Positions 18,428 to 27,839 are shown, counted from the first letter of the stretch. The stretch: DNA of 41,986 nucleotides from an uncultured Dermatophilus sp. (GCA_945876925.1 CAMCQD010000001.1:1-41986); one strand, 5' to 3'. Notes: a model not told the origin generated them from the sequence alone. Program-made: numbers and translations.

Positions 18428-19531
18428 ATGCGCGCCGCCGTCGTCCGTACCCACTCCGGTCCGTTCCTGGTCGAGGACCTGCGTGACCCCAGGCCCGGCC
18501 CTGGCGAAGTGCTCGTCAAGGTCGCCTCATGCGGCGTGTGCCATACCGACCTGCACGCCCGTGACGGCGGCGTCGCCTTCCCGGTGCCGGCCGTGTTCGG
18601 CCACGAGATCGCGGGAACCGTGGTCGAAGCCGGCGAGGGCGTCACCCGGTTGCGCCCCGGTCAGCGGGTCGTCGGCGCCTTCTCGATGCCGTGCGGCACC
18701 TGCGGCATGTGCGCTGCCGGACGCTATGAGCTGTGCGACGAGTTCTTCGCCCGGAACCGGCTTAAGGGCCAGCTGTACGACGGGACCACCCGGCTGTTCG
18801 ACGCGCAGGGCGAGCCGATCGCGATGTATTCCATGGGCGGGCTAGCGGAGTACGCCGTGATCCCCGAGCTGGGCGTGGGCGTGCTGCCCGAGGGCGTGCC
18901 ATTCGAGGAGTGCGCCATCCTGGGCTGCGCCTTCCTCACCTCCTACGGCGCGCTCGTGCACGTGGGCGACCTGCAGCCGGGCCAGAGCGTGGCCGTCATC
19001 GGCGCCGGCGGCGTGGGCCTGTCGGTGGTCCACCTCGCCCGCGCTCTCGGAGCCGGCCAGGTCATCGCGGTCGACCTGTCCCGGGACCGGCTGGACACTG
19101 CCCTCGAACTGGGCGCTACCGGCGTGGTGAACGGCAGCGAAACCGACGCCGTCGCCGCAGTCCGCGACCTGACCGCAGGCAAGGGCGCCGAGCTGGTGCT
19201 CGAGGCGATCGGTAACCGGATCACCTTCCGGCAGGCCACGGAAATGGTCGCCGACGGCGGCCGGTGCGTGATGATCGGCATCGCCCCCTCCGGGCAGACC
19301 GCCGAAGTCGAGATCACCCGGCTGGTGCGGCGCAAGATCCAGATCTGCGGCTCCTTCGGCGGCCGTCCGCCCAGGGACATCGAGCACCTGGCCGAGCTGG
19401 TCGCCGCAGGCAAGCTCCAGCCCCAGCGCCTCATCAGCCGCCGGTTCAGCCTCGACGAGGCTGATGAGGCCTACCAGCTGCTACATGACGGGAAGATCGT
19501 CGGCCGGGCGCTCATCGAGATGGGCGCCTGA
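18428..19531 (+). CDS. Zinc-binding alcohol dehydrogenase (MDR family)
   Basis: CGVCHTD, GHE, structural Zn CGTCGMC..C, GAGGVG; GAGGAG RBS. Confidence 0.93.
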   Translation: MRAAVVRTHSGPFLVEDLRDPRPGPGEVLVKVASCGVCHTDLHARDGGVAFPVPAVFGHEIAGTVVEAGEGVTRLRPGQRVVGAFSMPCGTCGMCAAGRYELCDEFFARNRLKGQLYDGTTRLFDAQGEPIAMYSMGGLAEYAVIPELGVGVLPEGVPFEECAILGCAFLTSYGALVHVGDLQPGQSVAVIGAGGVGLSVVHLARALGAGQVIAVDLSRDRLDTALELGATGVVNGSETDAVAAVRDLTAGKGAELVLEAIGNRITFRQATEMVADGGRCVMIGIAPSGQTAEVEITRLVRRKIQICGSFGGRPPRDIEHLAELVAAGKLQPQRLISRRFSLDEADEAYQLLHDGKIVGRALIEMGA

Positions 19532-19653
19532 GTCACCCCGGCCGGGCCCTGCTGCCGCTGCCCGTTCGGCGGCGGGGCCCGGCCGTCCGGCGGGCCGGGG
19601 GCGGAGCGCGCCCCGCTCCCGGTCACCGGGATCCGCGTGCCAGGCTCTCACTC

Positions 19654-19908
19654 ATGGCCGGCAACCCGTTCGAGGGCTGGCGCCAGCCGCTACCCTGGCG
19701 GCTGGCCGCGCGCGGATTCACCCCGCGGTTCGCCTCCGTCGCCGAGGGCGTCACGCTGAGCTACGTGCGCAGACCGGACCGGGGCCGTCCGCTGGTGCTC
19801 ATCCCGGCTCAGATGGCTACCTGGCAGGCCTACGCCCGGGTCGCCGCCGGGCCGCTGCGCGCCCGCCCGGTGATCCGGCCTGAAACCCGGGCCGGTGCGA
19901 TCACCTGA
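19654..19908 (+). pseudogene. Truncated N-terminal fragment of an alpha/beta hydrolase
   Basis: GVTLSYVRRPDRGRPLVLIPAQMATWQAYARV looks like the first strands of a hydrolase; ends before any nucleophile motif. Confidence 0.55.
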
Positions 19909-19979
19909 CCTGACCGGTGCTTGCCGGTGCCCGCGCGCGGCGATCCGGAACGGCGGTCCGGAAGGGGCGTTAGCGCAGG

Positions 19980-20306
19980 TCAGCGGGGTTCGATCTCGCC
20001 CATGGGGCCGAAGCCGGTGGCCTCCTCGGCGTCGATGTAGATGATCTGCGGCCGGGCCGAGACGATGCCGGGCATCGCGGCGATGAACTCGGCGAAGTGG
20101 TCCGTCTGGGTGTGCGCCACCCCGGCCTCGTGGCCGGTGTACCCCTCGATGCACACGTAGGTTCCCGGTTCGGCCGTGCTGCGGGCGAACTCGAAGAACA
20201 GGCAGCCCGGCTCGGCGTTGACGGAGGCGGCGTACGCGGCTGAGAGCTCCTCCCACTGCGCCTGCTTGTCGGCGCGGATCGGGAATCGCACGTTGATGAG
20301 GATCAT
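19980..20306 (-). CDS. Antibiotic biosynthesis monooxygenase / putative quinol monooxygenase
   Basis: MILINVRF, AEPGCLFFEFARS, AHTQTDHF; AAGGAG RBS. Confidence 0.9.
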   Translation of the reverse strand: MILINVRFPIRADKQAQWEELSAAYAASVNAEPGCLFFEFARSTAEPGTYVCIEGYTGHEAGVAHTQTDHFAEFIAAMPGIVSARPQIIYIDAEEATGFGPMGEIEPR

Positions 20307-20445
20307 GACTCTCCTTCGGATGCTTGCGTTCCCGGCAGGCTACCCCGGTGCGTGCAGGGACGCCGGCGCAGCCGTCCCGGGGCGGGCCTGCCCCTGCCGT
20401 GCCAGCACCCGTCCGGGCGTAGCGGGGGCGGTACCGGGCTGCCCG

Positions 20446-20473
20446 CCAAGTTTGGCCATATGGCCAAACTTGG
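20446..20473. promoter_or_regulatory. Perfect 28-bp palindromic operator (likely for the TetR at 22178)
   Basis: CCAAGTTTGGCCATATGGCCAAACTTGG equals its own reverse complement; 62 nt upstream of the MFS start. Confidence 0.8.
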
Positions 20474-20535
20474 TTCATCCTGATCATGTCCTGCCCGCGC
20501 GCCTGCCCGCCAGGCCCGTCCCGTGAAGGTGCCCC

Positions 20536-22181
20536 ATGCCTCCCGTCCGTCGCTGGTCCGCGCTCGCCGTGCTGGTCCTGCCGGTGCTGCTCATCAGCAT
20601 CGACATGACCGTGCTCGCGCTCGCCGTGCCCGCGCTCAGCGCCGATCTCGCCCCCAGCTCCACGCAGCTGCTGTGGATCATCGACCTGTACTCGTTCCTG
20701 CTGGCCGGGCTGCTCGTGCTCATGGGCAGCCTGGGCGACCGGATCGGGCGCCGGCGGCTGCTGCTCATCGGCGCCCTCGCCTTCGGCCTCGCCTCGGTAG
20801 CCGCCGCCTTCGCCACCACCCCCGGGATGCTCATCGCCGCCCGGGCACTGCTCGGCCTGGGCGGGGCGACGCTGATGCCCTCGACCCTCGGACTGCTGCG
20901 CGGCATCTTCCCGGACCGGGCGGAGCGGCGCACCGCCGTCGCGGTCTGGGCGGCGGCTTTCTCCGGCGGCTCGGCCATCGGCCCGGTCCTCGGCGGTTTC
21001 CTGCTGGAGCACTTCTGGTGGGGTTCGGTGTTCCTCATCAACGTGCCGGTGATGGTGCTGTTCCTGGCGCTCGCGGTGGTGCTGCTGCCCGAATCCCGGG
21101 ACCCCGCGCCGGGCCCGTTCGACGTCGTCTCTGCGCTGCTGTCCATCGCCGGGCTGCTCGCGGTGGTCTACGCCCTCAAGGCCGCCGCCCGGGAGCCCGG
21201 CATCGGGACCGGGCTCATCGCGCTGGCCGGCGCCGGGATCCTGTGGCTGTTCGTGCGGCGGCAGCGGAGGCTCGCCCACCCGATGATCGACGTAGGCCTG
21301 TTCGCCGAGCCGGGATTCTCCCCGGCGGTGCTGACCAACGTCGCCTCGGTGTTCGCCATAGTCGGGGCGGCCTTCTTCCTGCCCCAGTACCTGCAGCTGG
21401 TGCGCGGCATGAGCCCGGCCCTGGCCGGGGCGTGGCTGCTGCCACTGGCGTTGGCGACCGTGATCGGCTCGCTGGCTTCCCCGGCGTTCGCCCGCCGCGT
21501 GCCGGTGCGGGTAGTGGTGGCCTTCGGGCTGATCCTCGCCGCTGCCGGGTACGCGCTGGGCACCCAGCTGCGCGCCGGGACCCCGCTCGCGGTGTTCGCG
21601 GTCATCTCCGTGCTGCTCGGGCTCGGGATCGGCTTCGCCGAAACGCTCACGAACGACGTCATCCTCACCGCCGCCCCGCCCGCCCGGGCCGGTGCCGCCT
21701 CGGCCATCTCCGAGACCGGGTACGAGCTCGGCGGCGCGATGGGCACGGCGGTGCTCGGCACGCTCGGGCTGGCGGTGTACTCCCGCCGGCTCGATGCCGT
21801 ACCGGGGGTGACCCCCGCTCAGCTCGATGCCGCCCGGGAAACCCTCGGCGCGGCCCACGAGATCGCCGGGACCCTGCCCGCCGGGGCTGCCCAGGCGCTG
21901 CGGGAGGCCTCCTCGGCGGCCTTCACCGCCGGAATGGACATCGTCATGGTCGCCGGTGCCGTCGTGATACTGGCCGCGAGCGTCATGGCCGGGTGCCGCC
22001 GGGCCCGGCTGGCCGCGGCAGCCCAGGCGGTGAAGTGCCGGCCGGCGGCGATGCGGCCGGGGCAGCGTCCGGTCCGGGGAGCCTGGCGCGGAACGCCCCG
22101 GCTCACCCCCTCCCGGCCGGTCCGGGGAACGAGGCCGCCGCCGGGCCACCGGGGAGCGGCGCGGGAACGGCGGGGTCGTGA
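20536..22181 (+). CDS. DHA2 (14-TM) MFS drug efflux pump, QacA/LfrA-like; frameshift near the 3' end
   Basis: DMTVL, WIIDLYS, GSLGDRIGRRRLL, FLINVP, ISETGYELGGAMG. The frame has no stop until 23208; the alternative frame from about 21990 ends at TGA 22181, forming a GTGA overlap with the TetR start. Confidence 0.85.
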
Positions 22182-22798
22182 CCGCCCGCCGGGCCCGGCG
22201 CCCGCAGCTCCCGGTCGCGCAGCGCCGGGCGGAACTGGCCGGGGCGGCCCTGCAGGTGATGCGCCGGGAGGGCGCCTGGGCGCTGACGACCCGGGCGGTC
22301 GCTGCCGAGGCGGACGTCCCGCACGGATCGGTGCACTACGCCTTCGCCTCCAAGGAGGCGCTGCTGGAGGCGGTCATCCAGGAAGATGCCGAGCGCGGGG
22401 TGGCCGCCATCCGGGCCGCCGGGGCAGCCGGGGGCAGCACGAGGGAGGTGCTGGCCCGTGCGTCGCGCGCGTATGCCGATTCGGTCCGGGCGGATCCGGC
22501 CGCCGAGCTGGTGCAGCAGGAACTCACCTTGATGGCGGCCCGGGACGAGCGGCTGCGCCCCCTGGCCCAGCAGAGCACCTCCGGATACCGCGCCGGCGTG
22601 ATCGGCCTGCTCGACGACCTCGCCGCCCGCTGCGGCGGCAGCTGGGATGCGCCGTCCGGGGTCATTGCCGACCAGATGCTGGCGCTGCTGTTCGGGGCCG
22701 GGATCGACTGGCTGGTCACCCGGGACGACGCCCGGTTCGATGCCGCGCTGGACGATGCCGCCCGGATGTTCGCGGCCCGGCTGCGCCCCGGCGGGTGA
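22178..22798 (+). CDS. TetR family transcriptional regulator
   Basis: HTH LTTRAVAAEADVPHGSVHYAFASKEALL. Confidence 0.92.
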   Translation: MTARRARRPQLPVAQRRAELAGAALQVMRREGAWALTTRAVAAEADVPHGSVHYAFASKEALLEAVIQEDAERGVAAIRAAGAAGGSTREVLARASRAYADSVRADPAAELVQQELTLMAARDERLRPLAQQSTSGYRAGVIGLLDDLAARCGGSWDAPSGVIADQMLALLFGAGIDWLVTRDDARFDAALDDAARMFAARLRPGG

Positions 22799-23166
22799 CC
22801 CGGAGCCCGGCCTGCGTGATCGTGCCGGGCCCGGGCGCTGCCCGGCGGCCCGGGGTGCCCCGGTGTTCCCCGCCAGGCGGCAAGCGGCAGGGGGTGAGGG
22901 TCCTGGCACCGGGGCGCACAGGTGAGGGTCCTGGCGCGGGAATGCGGTGGCTCAGTGGCGCGGGAGCGCGGGGCGCGGCGGCGTGCCGTTCCGGGCGGCA
23001 GCTGGCACCGCTGCGCGCCGGGGGCTGCGCCGTGAGGTATCCGGCGCCCCGGGGCTATCACCGTGGCGCTGCCGGGCCTGCGGGAATGTGCCCGATGGCG
23101 CGGGTCTGCTGCGCGGATTCCGCTGATACGCCGCGATTTCCGGCGCAGGGCGCGAGTTTATGGACG

Positions 23167-23197
23167 GCAAGTACTTTCCAAATAGGAAAGTACTTGC
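23167..23197. promoter_or_regulatory. Operator with perfect 13-bp arms followed by a -10 element
   Basis: GCAAGTACTTTCC-AAATA-GGAAAGTACTTGC, then TATGGT at 23198-23203. Confidence 0.8.
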
Positions 23198-23243
23198 TAT
23201 GGTGCTGATACCGGGTCGGAACCCTTCATCTCAGGGAGGAGTC

Positions 23244-23702
23244 ATGGACAGGTTCGATCACCGTCCGCCCGCAGCCAGGCCCTCACCCGGGCAGGCACGG
23301 CGGGCGCTCGACGCCATCGCCGGGGTCACCGTCGTCTCGCGCCGGGATATCCGCGTGCTCCAGACCGTGCTGGCCGGGATAGGGCTCGCGATGGCAGGCG
23401 TGCTGCTGCTCGTCCGGGCAGCCGAGGGCAACCCCGCCGGGATCATTGCCGGGATGCTCGTCTACAGCGCGGTCATCCTCATGCTCGTGCTCTACAACGT
23501 CACCGCGCGAGCGGCACCGCGGGGCTACAGCCGCCGCTACGGCTGGGGCTGCGGGGGCACCATGGCGCTCTACACCATCTCGGTCGTGCTCATCTCGACC
23601 GGCACCGTGCGTGACTGGGCGCTGACCGGGGCGCTGGCGGCGCTCACCGCGCTGCCGGCGATCGTGGCCGCCTGCGGGCTCGCCCGGCTGGCCCAGCCGT
23701 GA
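23244..23702 (+). CDS. Hypothetical 4-TM membrane protein
   Basis: GGAGG RBS before ATG 23244; four hydrophobic segments; GTGA overlap with the next gene. Confidence 0.78.
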   Translation: MDRFDHRPPAARPSPGQARRALDAIAGVTVVSRRDIRVLQTVLAGIGLAMAGVLLLVRAAEGNPAGIIAGMLVYSAVILMLVLYNVTARAAPRGYSRRYGWGCGGTMALYTISVVLISTGTVRDWALTGALAALTALPAIVAACGLARLAQP

Positions 23703-24025
23703 GCGCCGGAACTGCGGCCCGCCCCTCCGGGACCGGGCATGCGCGGCACCGGCTCGACGAGGTCATCCACGCGCCGGTGCGGCTGAGCATCATGGCCGCG
23801 CTGGCCAGGGTCGACAATGCCGAGTTCAAGGCGGTGCGGGACGCCGTGGAGGTGAGCGACTCCGTGCTCAGCCGCCAGGCATCCACCCTGGAGGAGGCGG
23901 GCTACGTGCGGATCAGGAAGGGCTACGCCGGTAAGCGCCCGCGCACCTGGCTCGCGCTCACCCCCGCCGGGCGGGACGCGTTCGAGTCGCACGTGGCCGC
24001 GCTGCGCGAGATCGCCGGTTCCTGA
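23699..24025 (+). CDS. Winged-helix DNA-binding regulator (HTH_34/ArsR-MarR-like)
   Basis: RLDEVIHAPVRLSIMAAL, SDSVLSRQASTLEEAGYV, PRTWLALTPAGR. Confidence 0.9.
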   Translation: MSAGTAARPSGTGHARHRLDEVIHAPVRLSIMAALARVDNAEFKAVRDAVEVSDSVLSRQASTLEEAGYVRIRKGYAGKRPRTWLALTPAGRDAFESHVAALREIAGS

Positions 24026-25044
24026 GCTGGCCCGGGCTGCGGGGCGACGGCCCGGCGCAGGGCCGCGTCGCCGGCCGGCTCGCGGCAGGCCGCCTCCGCG
24101 GCGGGTTCGCCAGATGAGCTAGCCGGGCTCGTCCGGTGCGCGGGACGCCGCAGGGCCCGGGTGAGTCCGGTGGTGAACAGCAGGCTGACGAACAGCAGCG
24201 TCACCCCGGCCCAGCCGGGCACGGTCAGCCGCTCGCGCAGCACGATGACCGCGATCAGGGCGGCCCCGGCCGGTTCGGCCAGGGTGATCGCGGTGGCCGT
24301 GCTCGCATTCACGCTGGCCAGGCCGCGGCCGAAAAGCACATACCCGAGGAACATCGGCACGCAGGCCAGGTAGGCGATCACTGCCAGGTTGCGCCCGGAG
24401 GCCAGGATCGGCCCGCCGGTGGCAATGAGCACCGGCATGAGCGCCAGCCCGCCGATGCCGAACACCGCCCCCATCGAGGCGCGGCTGGCGATCCCGGCCC
24501 GCATCAGCCGGGCGGTGCCCCAGGAGTACGCCGCGTACGTGAATCCCGCCACCAGGCCCAGGGCGATGCCGGGTACGGGATTGCCGTCGGCAGCCGCGGA
24601 GCCGTGCCCGGAACGCGGGGCGAGTGCCAGCACGGCCACTCCGGCCAGTCCGAGGGCAGTGCCGCACGCCCAGCTCATCGGCAGCGACCGCCGGCCGGCG
24701 ATCCGCTCGATCAGGGCAGCGGCCGGGGGAGCTGAGCCGATCGACACCACCGTCCCGGCCGCCACCCCGGCCAGGCGCATCGAGGTGTAGAACGCCAGCG
24801 GATACACCGCCACTGCCGCCGCGCTGACCAGCACGAACCGCCACTGGGCCGCCAGCGCGAAGCGGTGCGCGCGCATGAGCCGCAGCGCCGTCGCGGCTTG
24901 CAGCAGCCCGCCGATCCCCATCGCGGCCGCCCCGGCCGCCAGGGAGGGTACCTGCGGGGCCAGCGCCGCCGCAGTGCCCGTGGTGGCCCACAGCAGCGCC
25001 GCCGCGAGCACCGCCATCGGCCCGGTGGCAGCCGGGATGGTCAT
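23923..25044 (-). CDS. EamA/DMT family transporter
   Basis: AALLWATTGTA, GTVVSIGSAP, ATAITLAEP; about 10 TM; ATGA-coupled to the upstream TetR. Confidence 0.9.
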   Translation of the reverse strand: MTIPAATGPMAVLAAALLWATTGTAAALAPQVPSLAAGAAAMGIGGLLQAATALRLMRAHRFALAAQWRFVLVSAAAVAVYPLAFYTSMRLAGVAAGTVVSIGSAPPAAALIERIAGRRSLPMSWACGTALGLAGVAVLALAPRSGHGSAAADGNPVPGIALGLVAGFTYAAYSWGTARLMRAGIASRASMGAVFGIGGLALMPVLIATGGPILASGRNLAVIAYLACVPMFLGYVLFGRGLASVNASTATAITLAEPAGAALIAVIVLRERLTVPGWAGVTLLFVSLLFTTGLTRALRRPAHRTSPASSSGEPAAEAACREPAGDAALRRAVAPQPGPAQEPAISRSAATCDSNASRPAGVSASQVRGRLPA

Positions 25045-25880
25045 GGCGTGTCCCTGGTGGTTCTGGCGGAGTCCGGTGCCGGGCCGGTCGCTGAGGCTGG
25101 GGCGGGTTGCCCTCCGGGGGTGTTGCCGGTGTGCGGGCTAGCCGGGCCGGGGCTGATGGTGTGGCTGATGAGCTGGCGGGCCATGGCGCGGGCCTGGCGC
25201 AGCATCTGGTCGCTGCCTTCCAGTCCGGCGCGTGACATGGCTCCCTCCAGCAGGAAGGACAACAGCCGCGCGAGGTCCTCCCGGGCCGCGCCGGTGAGCC
25301 CGGGAGCCTGGCTGAGGTGATCGAGCAGGATGGCCTCGACCTCCTGCTTGTGCTGCCGGACCGCGGCGCGGCCGGGGGATCCGGCGGGGAGCTCGGCGGC
25401 GGCGTTGAGCAGCCCGCAGCCGCGGAAGCCGTGCTCGTAGGCCAGGTTCGCGTGGTCCAGGTAGGCGTCGAACACGGCCGTGACCCCGGCCAGCGCGCGA
25501 GGTTCGGCGTTGCTCGCCTCGCGCGTTCCCGCCGTAGCCATCTCGCCGGGATCGACGGTGCTGGCGAGATGGCCCTCGCCGGTGCTGGCGAGATGGCCCT
25601 CGCCGGTGCTGCCCTGGGGTGGCAGGGCGCTCTGGGCGCGGGCGCGGTACAGGCCGAGCCATTCCTCGTGCCGCTGATGCAGGTAGGCCAGCACCAGATC
25701 GTCCTTGGAGGCGAAGTTGTGGTACAGGCTCATCCGGGCCACCCCGGCATCGGAGGTGATGGCGTCGATACCGGTGGCGCTCACGCCGTGGGCGTAGAAC
25801 AGCCGGGCGGCCGCGGCGAGCAGCTTGTCCCGGGCCGGGCTGCGCCGCCGCGCTCGTGGTGCCTCGCTCGCCTTCGTCAT
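25041..25880 (-). CDS. TetR family regulator (NemR/ComR-like)
   Basis: TGIDAITSDAGVARMSLYHNFASKDDL, FRGCGLLNAAAE. Confidence 0.92.
   Translation of the reverse strand: MTKASEAPRARRRSPARDKLLAAAARLFYAHGVSATGIDAITSDAGVARMSLYHNFASKDDLVLAYLHQRHEEWLGLYRARAQSALPPQGSTGEGHLASTGEGHLASTVDPGEMATAGTREASNAEPRALAGVTAVFDAYLDHANLAYEHGFRGCGLLNAAAELPAGSPGRAAVRQHKQEVEAILLDHLSQAPGLTGAAREDLARLLSFLLEGAMSRAGLEGSDQMLRQARAMARQLISHTISPGPASPHTGNTPGGQPAPASATGPAPDSARTTRDTP
25556..25611. repeat. 24-bp in-frame tandem repeat (2.3 copies) inside the TetR gene
   Basis: CGGTGCTGGCGAGATGGCCCTCGC twice plus a partial copy; encodes STGEGHLA twice. Confidence 0.9.
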
Positions 25881-25887
25881 CCGACAA

Positions 25888-25933
25888 CCTTAGCCTTGTT
25901 TAGGTAGATCAGTCTACCTAAACAAGGCTAAGG
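25888..25933. promoter_or_regulatory. 46-bp inverted repeat (perfect 21-bp arms) over the TetR promoter
   Basis: CCTTAGCCTTGTTTAGGTAGA-TCAG-TCTACCTAAACAAGGCTAAGG; overlaps the minus-strand -10 TAAGGT 6 nt before ATG 25880. Confidence 0.85.
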
Positions 25934-26147
25934 CGGTTCGCCATCCTCCGGGATTGCCGTATGTGAAGGCATGCTCGCCAGGCGGCGAGGTGACCCCGCG
26001 CGGGGCTCGCCGGTGCGTGTGCTCGCGGTGTTCGCCGTCGGCCGGCGCAGGCGCGGGATCTCCTCGCGGCCAGTGACGGCCGGGCCTGTGGTCGCACGCA
26101 ATCGCCGGCGAACCGGGCGGCCGCCTCACCGCGGCTCCCGGGCGGCC

Positions 26148-26465
26148 TCAGAGCAGGGCCGTCGCGGCTATGCAGGTGGCCGTGCCGGCGACGATGCTCA
26201 GGACCGCGTTGCGCCGCCAGGCGTGCACGGCGACCGTGGCTGCGATCCCGGCGAGCTGCGGCAGGCTCTGGGGGGAGCGCTCGATCCCGGCGAGCAGGTA
26301 GATCAGCAAGATGGTGAGCGCTCCCAGCGGCATCCACCGGCCGAGGCTGGCCAGCAGGGCCGACCCGCGCATGGCGTGCGCCAGCCCGAACGGGAGTGCC
26401 CGCAGGGTCACCGTGATGATCGCGGAGATGGCGATCGCGGCGGCGATGTAGCTGGCCTCAGGCAT
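26148..26465 (-). CDS. azlD: Branched-chain amino acid exporter small subunit AzlD
   Basis: ITVTLRALPF, LGRWMPLG, HAWRRNAVLSIVAGT. Confidence 0.9.
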   Translation of the reverse strand: MPEASYIAAAIAISAIITVTLRALPFGLAHAMRGSALLASLGRWMPLGALTILLIYLLAGIERSPQSLPQLAGIAATVAVHAWRRNAVLSIVAGTATCIAATALL

Positions 26466-27237
26466 CGCGCTGGCCTCCTGTGCTCGCGGATCCGGGCGGG
26501 GGCGGGGTGGCGCGCCTGCGGCGGAGGCGGTGGCGGCCCGCGAGGGTTGCCGTGAAGACGCTCATCGCTACCAGCAGCATCGAGCCGGGGGCCACCAGCA
26601 GCGCGAACGCGGCGGAGCCGAGCGCCAGGGCCAGGGTCACCCGGTCCGGGTGGTCGCGGTAGGCGTCCATCGCGAGCACGATGAACAGCGCGGTGAGGAT
26701 GAAGTCGAGCCCCTTCACCTGGCCGAGCATGCCCGCGCCCAGGGCGGCCCCGGCGAGGCTGCCGCTAGCCCACCCGGCGTGCAGGCCCGCCTGGGTCCAC
26801 AGCATCCGGGCGCTGCTCAGCGTGCGCGGCTCCTTGCTGGCCAGCAGCGCGTACGCCTCATCGCACAGGGCGAAGATGCTGTACGCCTTGCCCGCCCGGC
26901 CGCGCACCCGGCTCAGCGGGAACGACAGCCCGTAGAACAGGTGCCGCGAGTTCACGAGGAAGATCGTCAGGGCAATGGCCGCCAGCGGGGTGGCCGCCGC
27001 GATCATCCCGATGAGCAGGAACTCCGCCGACCCGGCCAGCACGATCCCGGAGATGACTGGCGCCAGCCACCACGGCAGTCCGTGCGCGGTGACCAGGACG
27101 CCGAAGCCGATGCCCAGGGTGAACAACCCGAACCAGATCACCCCGGCGTCGCTGACGGCCTGCCGGAAGGCAGAGGTGCCGCCCGGGTCCGGGGCCGCTC
27201 CCGGGGTAATCGCGCTGGTCACGTTGGTACTGCTCAT
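26458..27237 (-). CDS. azlC: Branched-chain amino acid exporter AzlC
   Basis: GIGFGVL, AGSAEF, LVNSRHLFYGLS, LCDEAYA, GLDFILTALF. Confidence 0.92.
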   Translation of the reverse strand: MSSTNVTSAITPGAAPDPGGTSAFRQAVSDAGVIWFGLFTLGIGFGVLVTAHGLPWWLAPVISGIVLAGSAEFLLIGMIAAATPLAAIALTIFLVNSRHLFYGLSFPLSRVRGRAGKAYSIFALCDEAYALLASKEPRTLSSARMLWTQAGLHAGWASGSLAGAALGAGMLGQVKGLDFILTALFIVLAMDAYRDHPDRVTLALALGSAAFALLVAPGSMLLVAMSVFTATLAGRHRLRRRRATPPPPGSASTGGQRDA

Positions 27238-27317
27238 ATTGCAATGTTAAAAGAGATTGTGCGCATAATGTTTGCGAATCCTGGCCGAACTAGCGGTAAT
27301 GACGCAATAATCTATAC

Positions 27318-27758
27318 GTGGATGCCATTGACCGCGCAATCATTGAGGAGCTGCGGCAGGACGGCCGGCTGAGCAATCAGGATCTTGCCGCGAGGGTCGG
27401 CCTCACCCCGGCGCCGTGCCTGCGGCGGGTGCGCCGCCTGGAGGAATCCGGGGTCATCACCGGCTATACGGTGCTGGTCAACGAGGCCGCGCTCGGGCGT
27501 GGCACCGAGGTGCTGGTGCACGTCAATCTCACCGTCAACGACACTGCCGCAGTCGAGGCATTCGAGGCCCGGATGGTGGCCATGCCCGAGATCGTCGAGC
27601 TGCGCCGCATGTTCGGCGTGCCCGACTACCTCATCCGGGTGCGGGTGGCCGGCCTGGAGGAGTATGAGCAGTGGGCGATGAACAGGCTGCTCGGCGACCC
27701 GGCCATCTCCCGGGCAGACTCGCGGATCACCATGAAGGTGCTGAAGTCCCTGAGCTGA
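27318..27758 (+). CDS. Lrp/AsnC family regulator, divergent from azlCD
   Basis: MDAIDRAIIEELRQDGRLSNQDLAARVGLTPAPCLRRVRRLE. Confidence 0.94.
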   Translation: MDAIDRAIIEELRQDGRLSNQDLAARVGLTPAPCLRRVRRLEESGVITGYTVLVNEAALGRGTEVLVHVNLTVNDTAAVEAFEARMVAMPEIVELRRMFGVPDYLIRVRVAGLEEYEQWAMNRLLGDPAISRADSRITMKVLKSLS

Positions 27759-27839
27759 CCGGCGCGAGGCGGCAGCGATGGTGCCCGCGGGCGGCGGGGG
27801 CGCAAGGCCCGGGGCGCGGCGGGCGGGCGCGAGACGGTC

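Noticed and set aside
20536-23208. 890-aa MFS fusion to a novel C-terminal domain
   Set aside because: The extension is low-complexity out-of-frame readthrough over tetR, best explained by a frameshift near 21990.
25885-25921. Fourth DtxR box within the long palindrome (TTAGGT..ACCTAA ends)
   Set aside because: The ends span 22 bp rather than 19, and the 19-mer alignment I tried matched only 12/19; a TetR operator explains it better.
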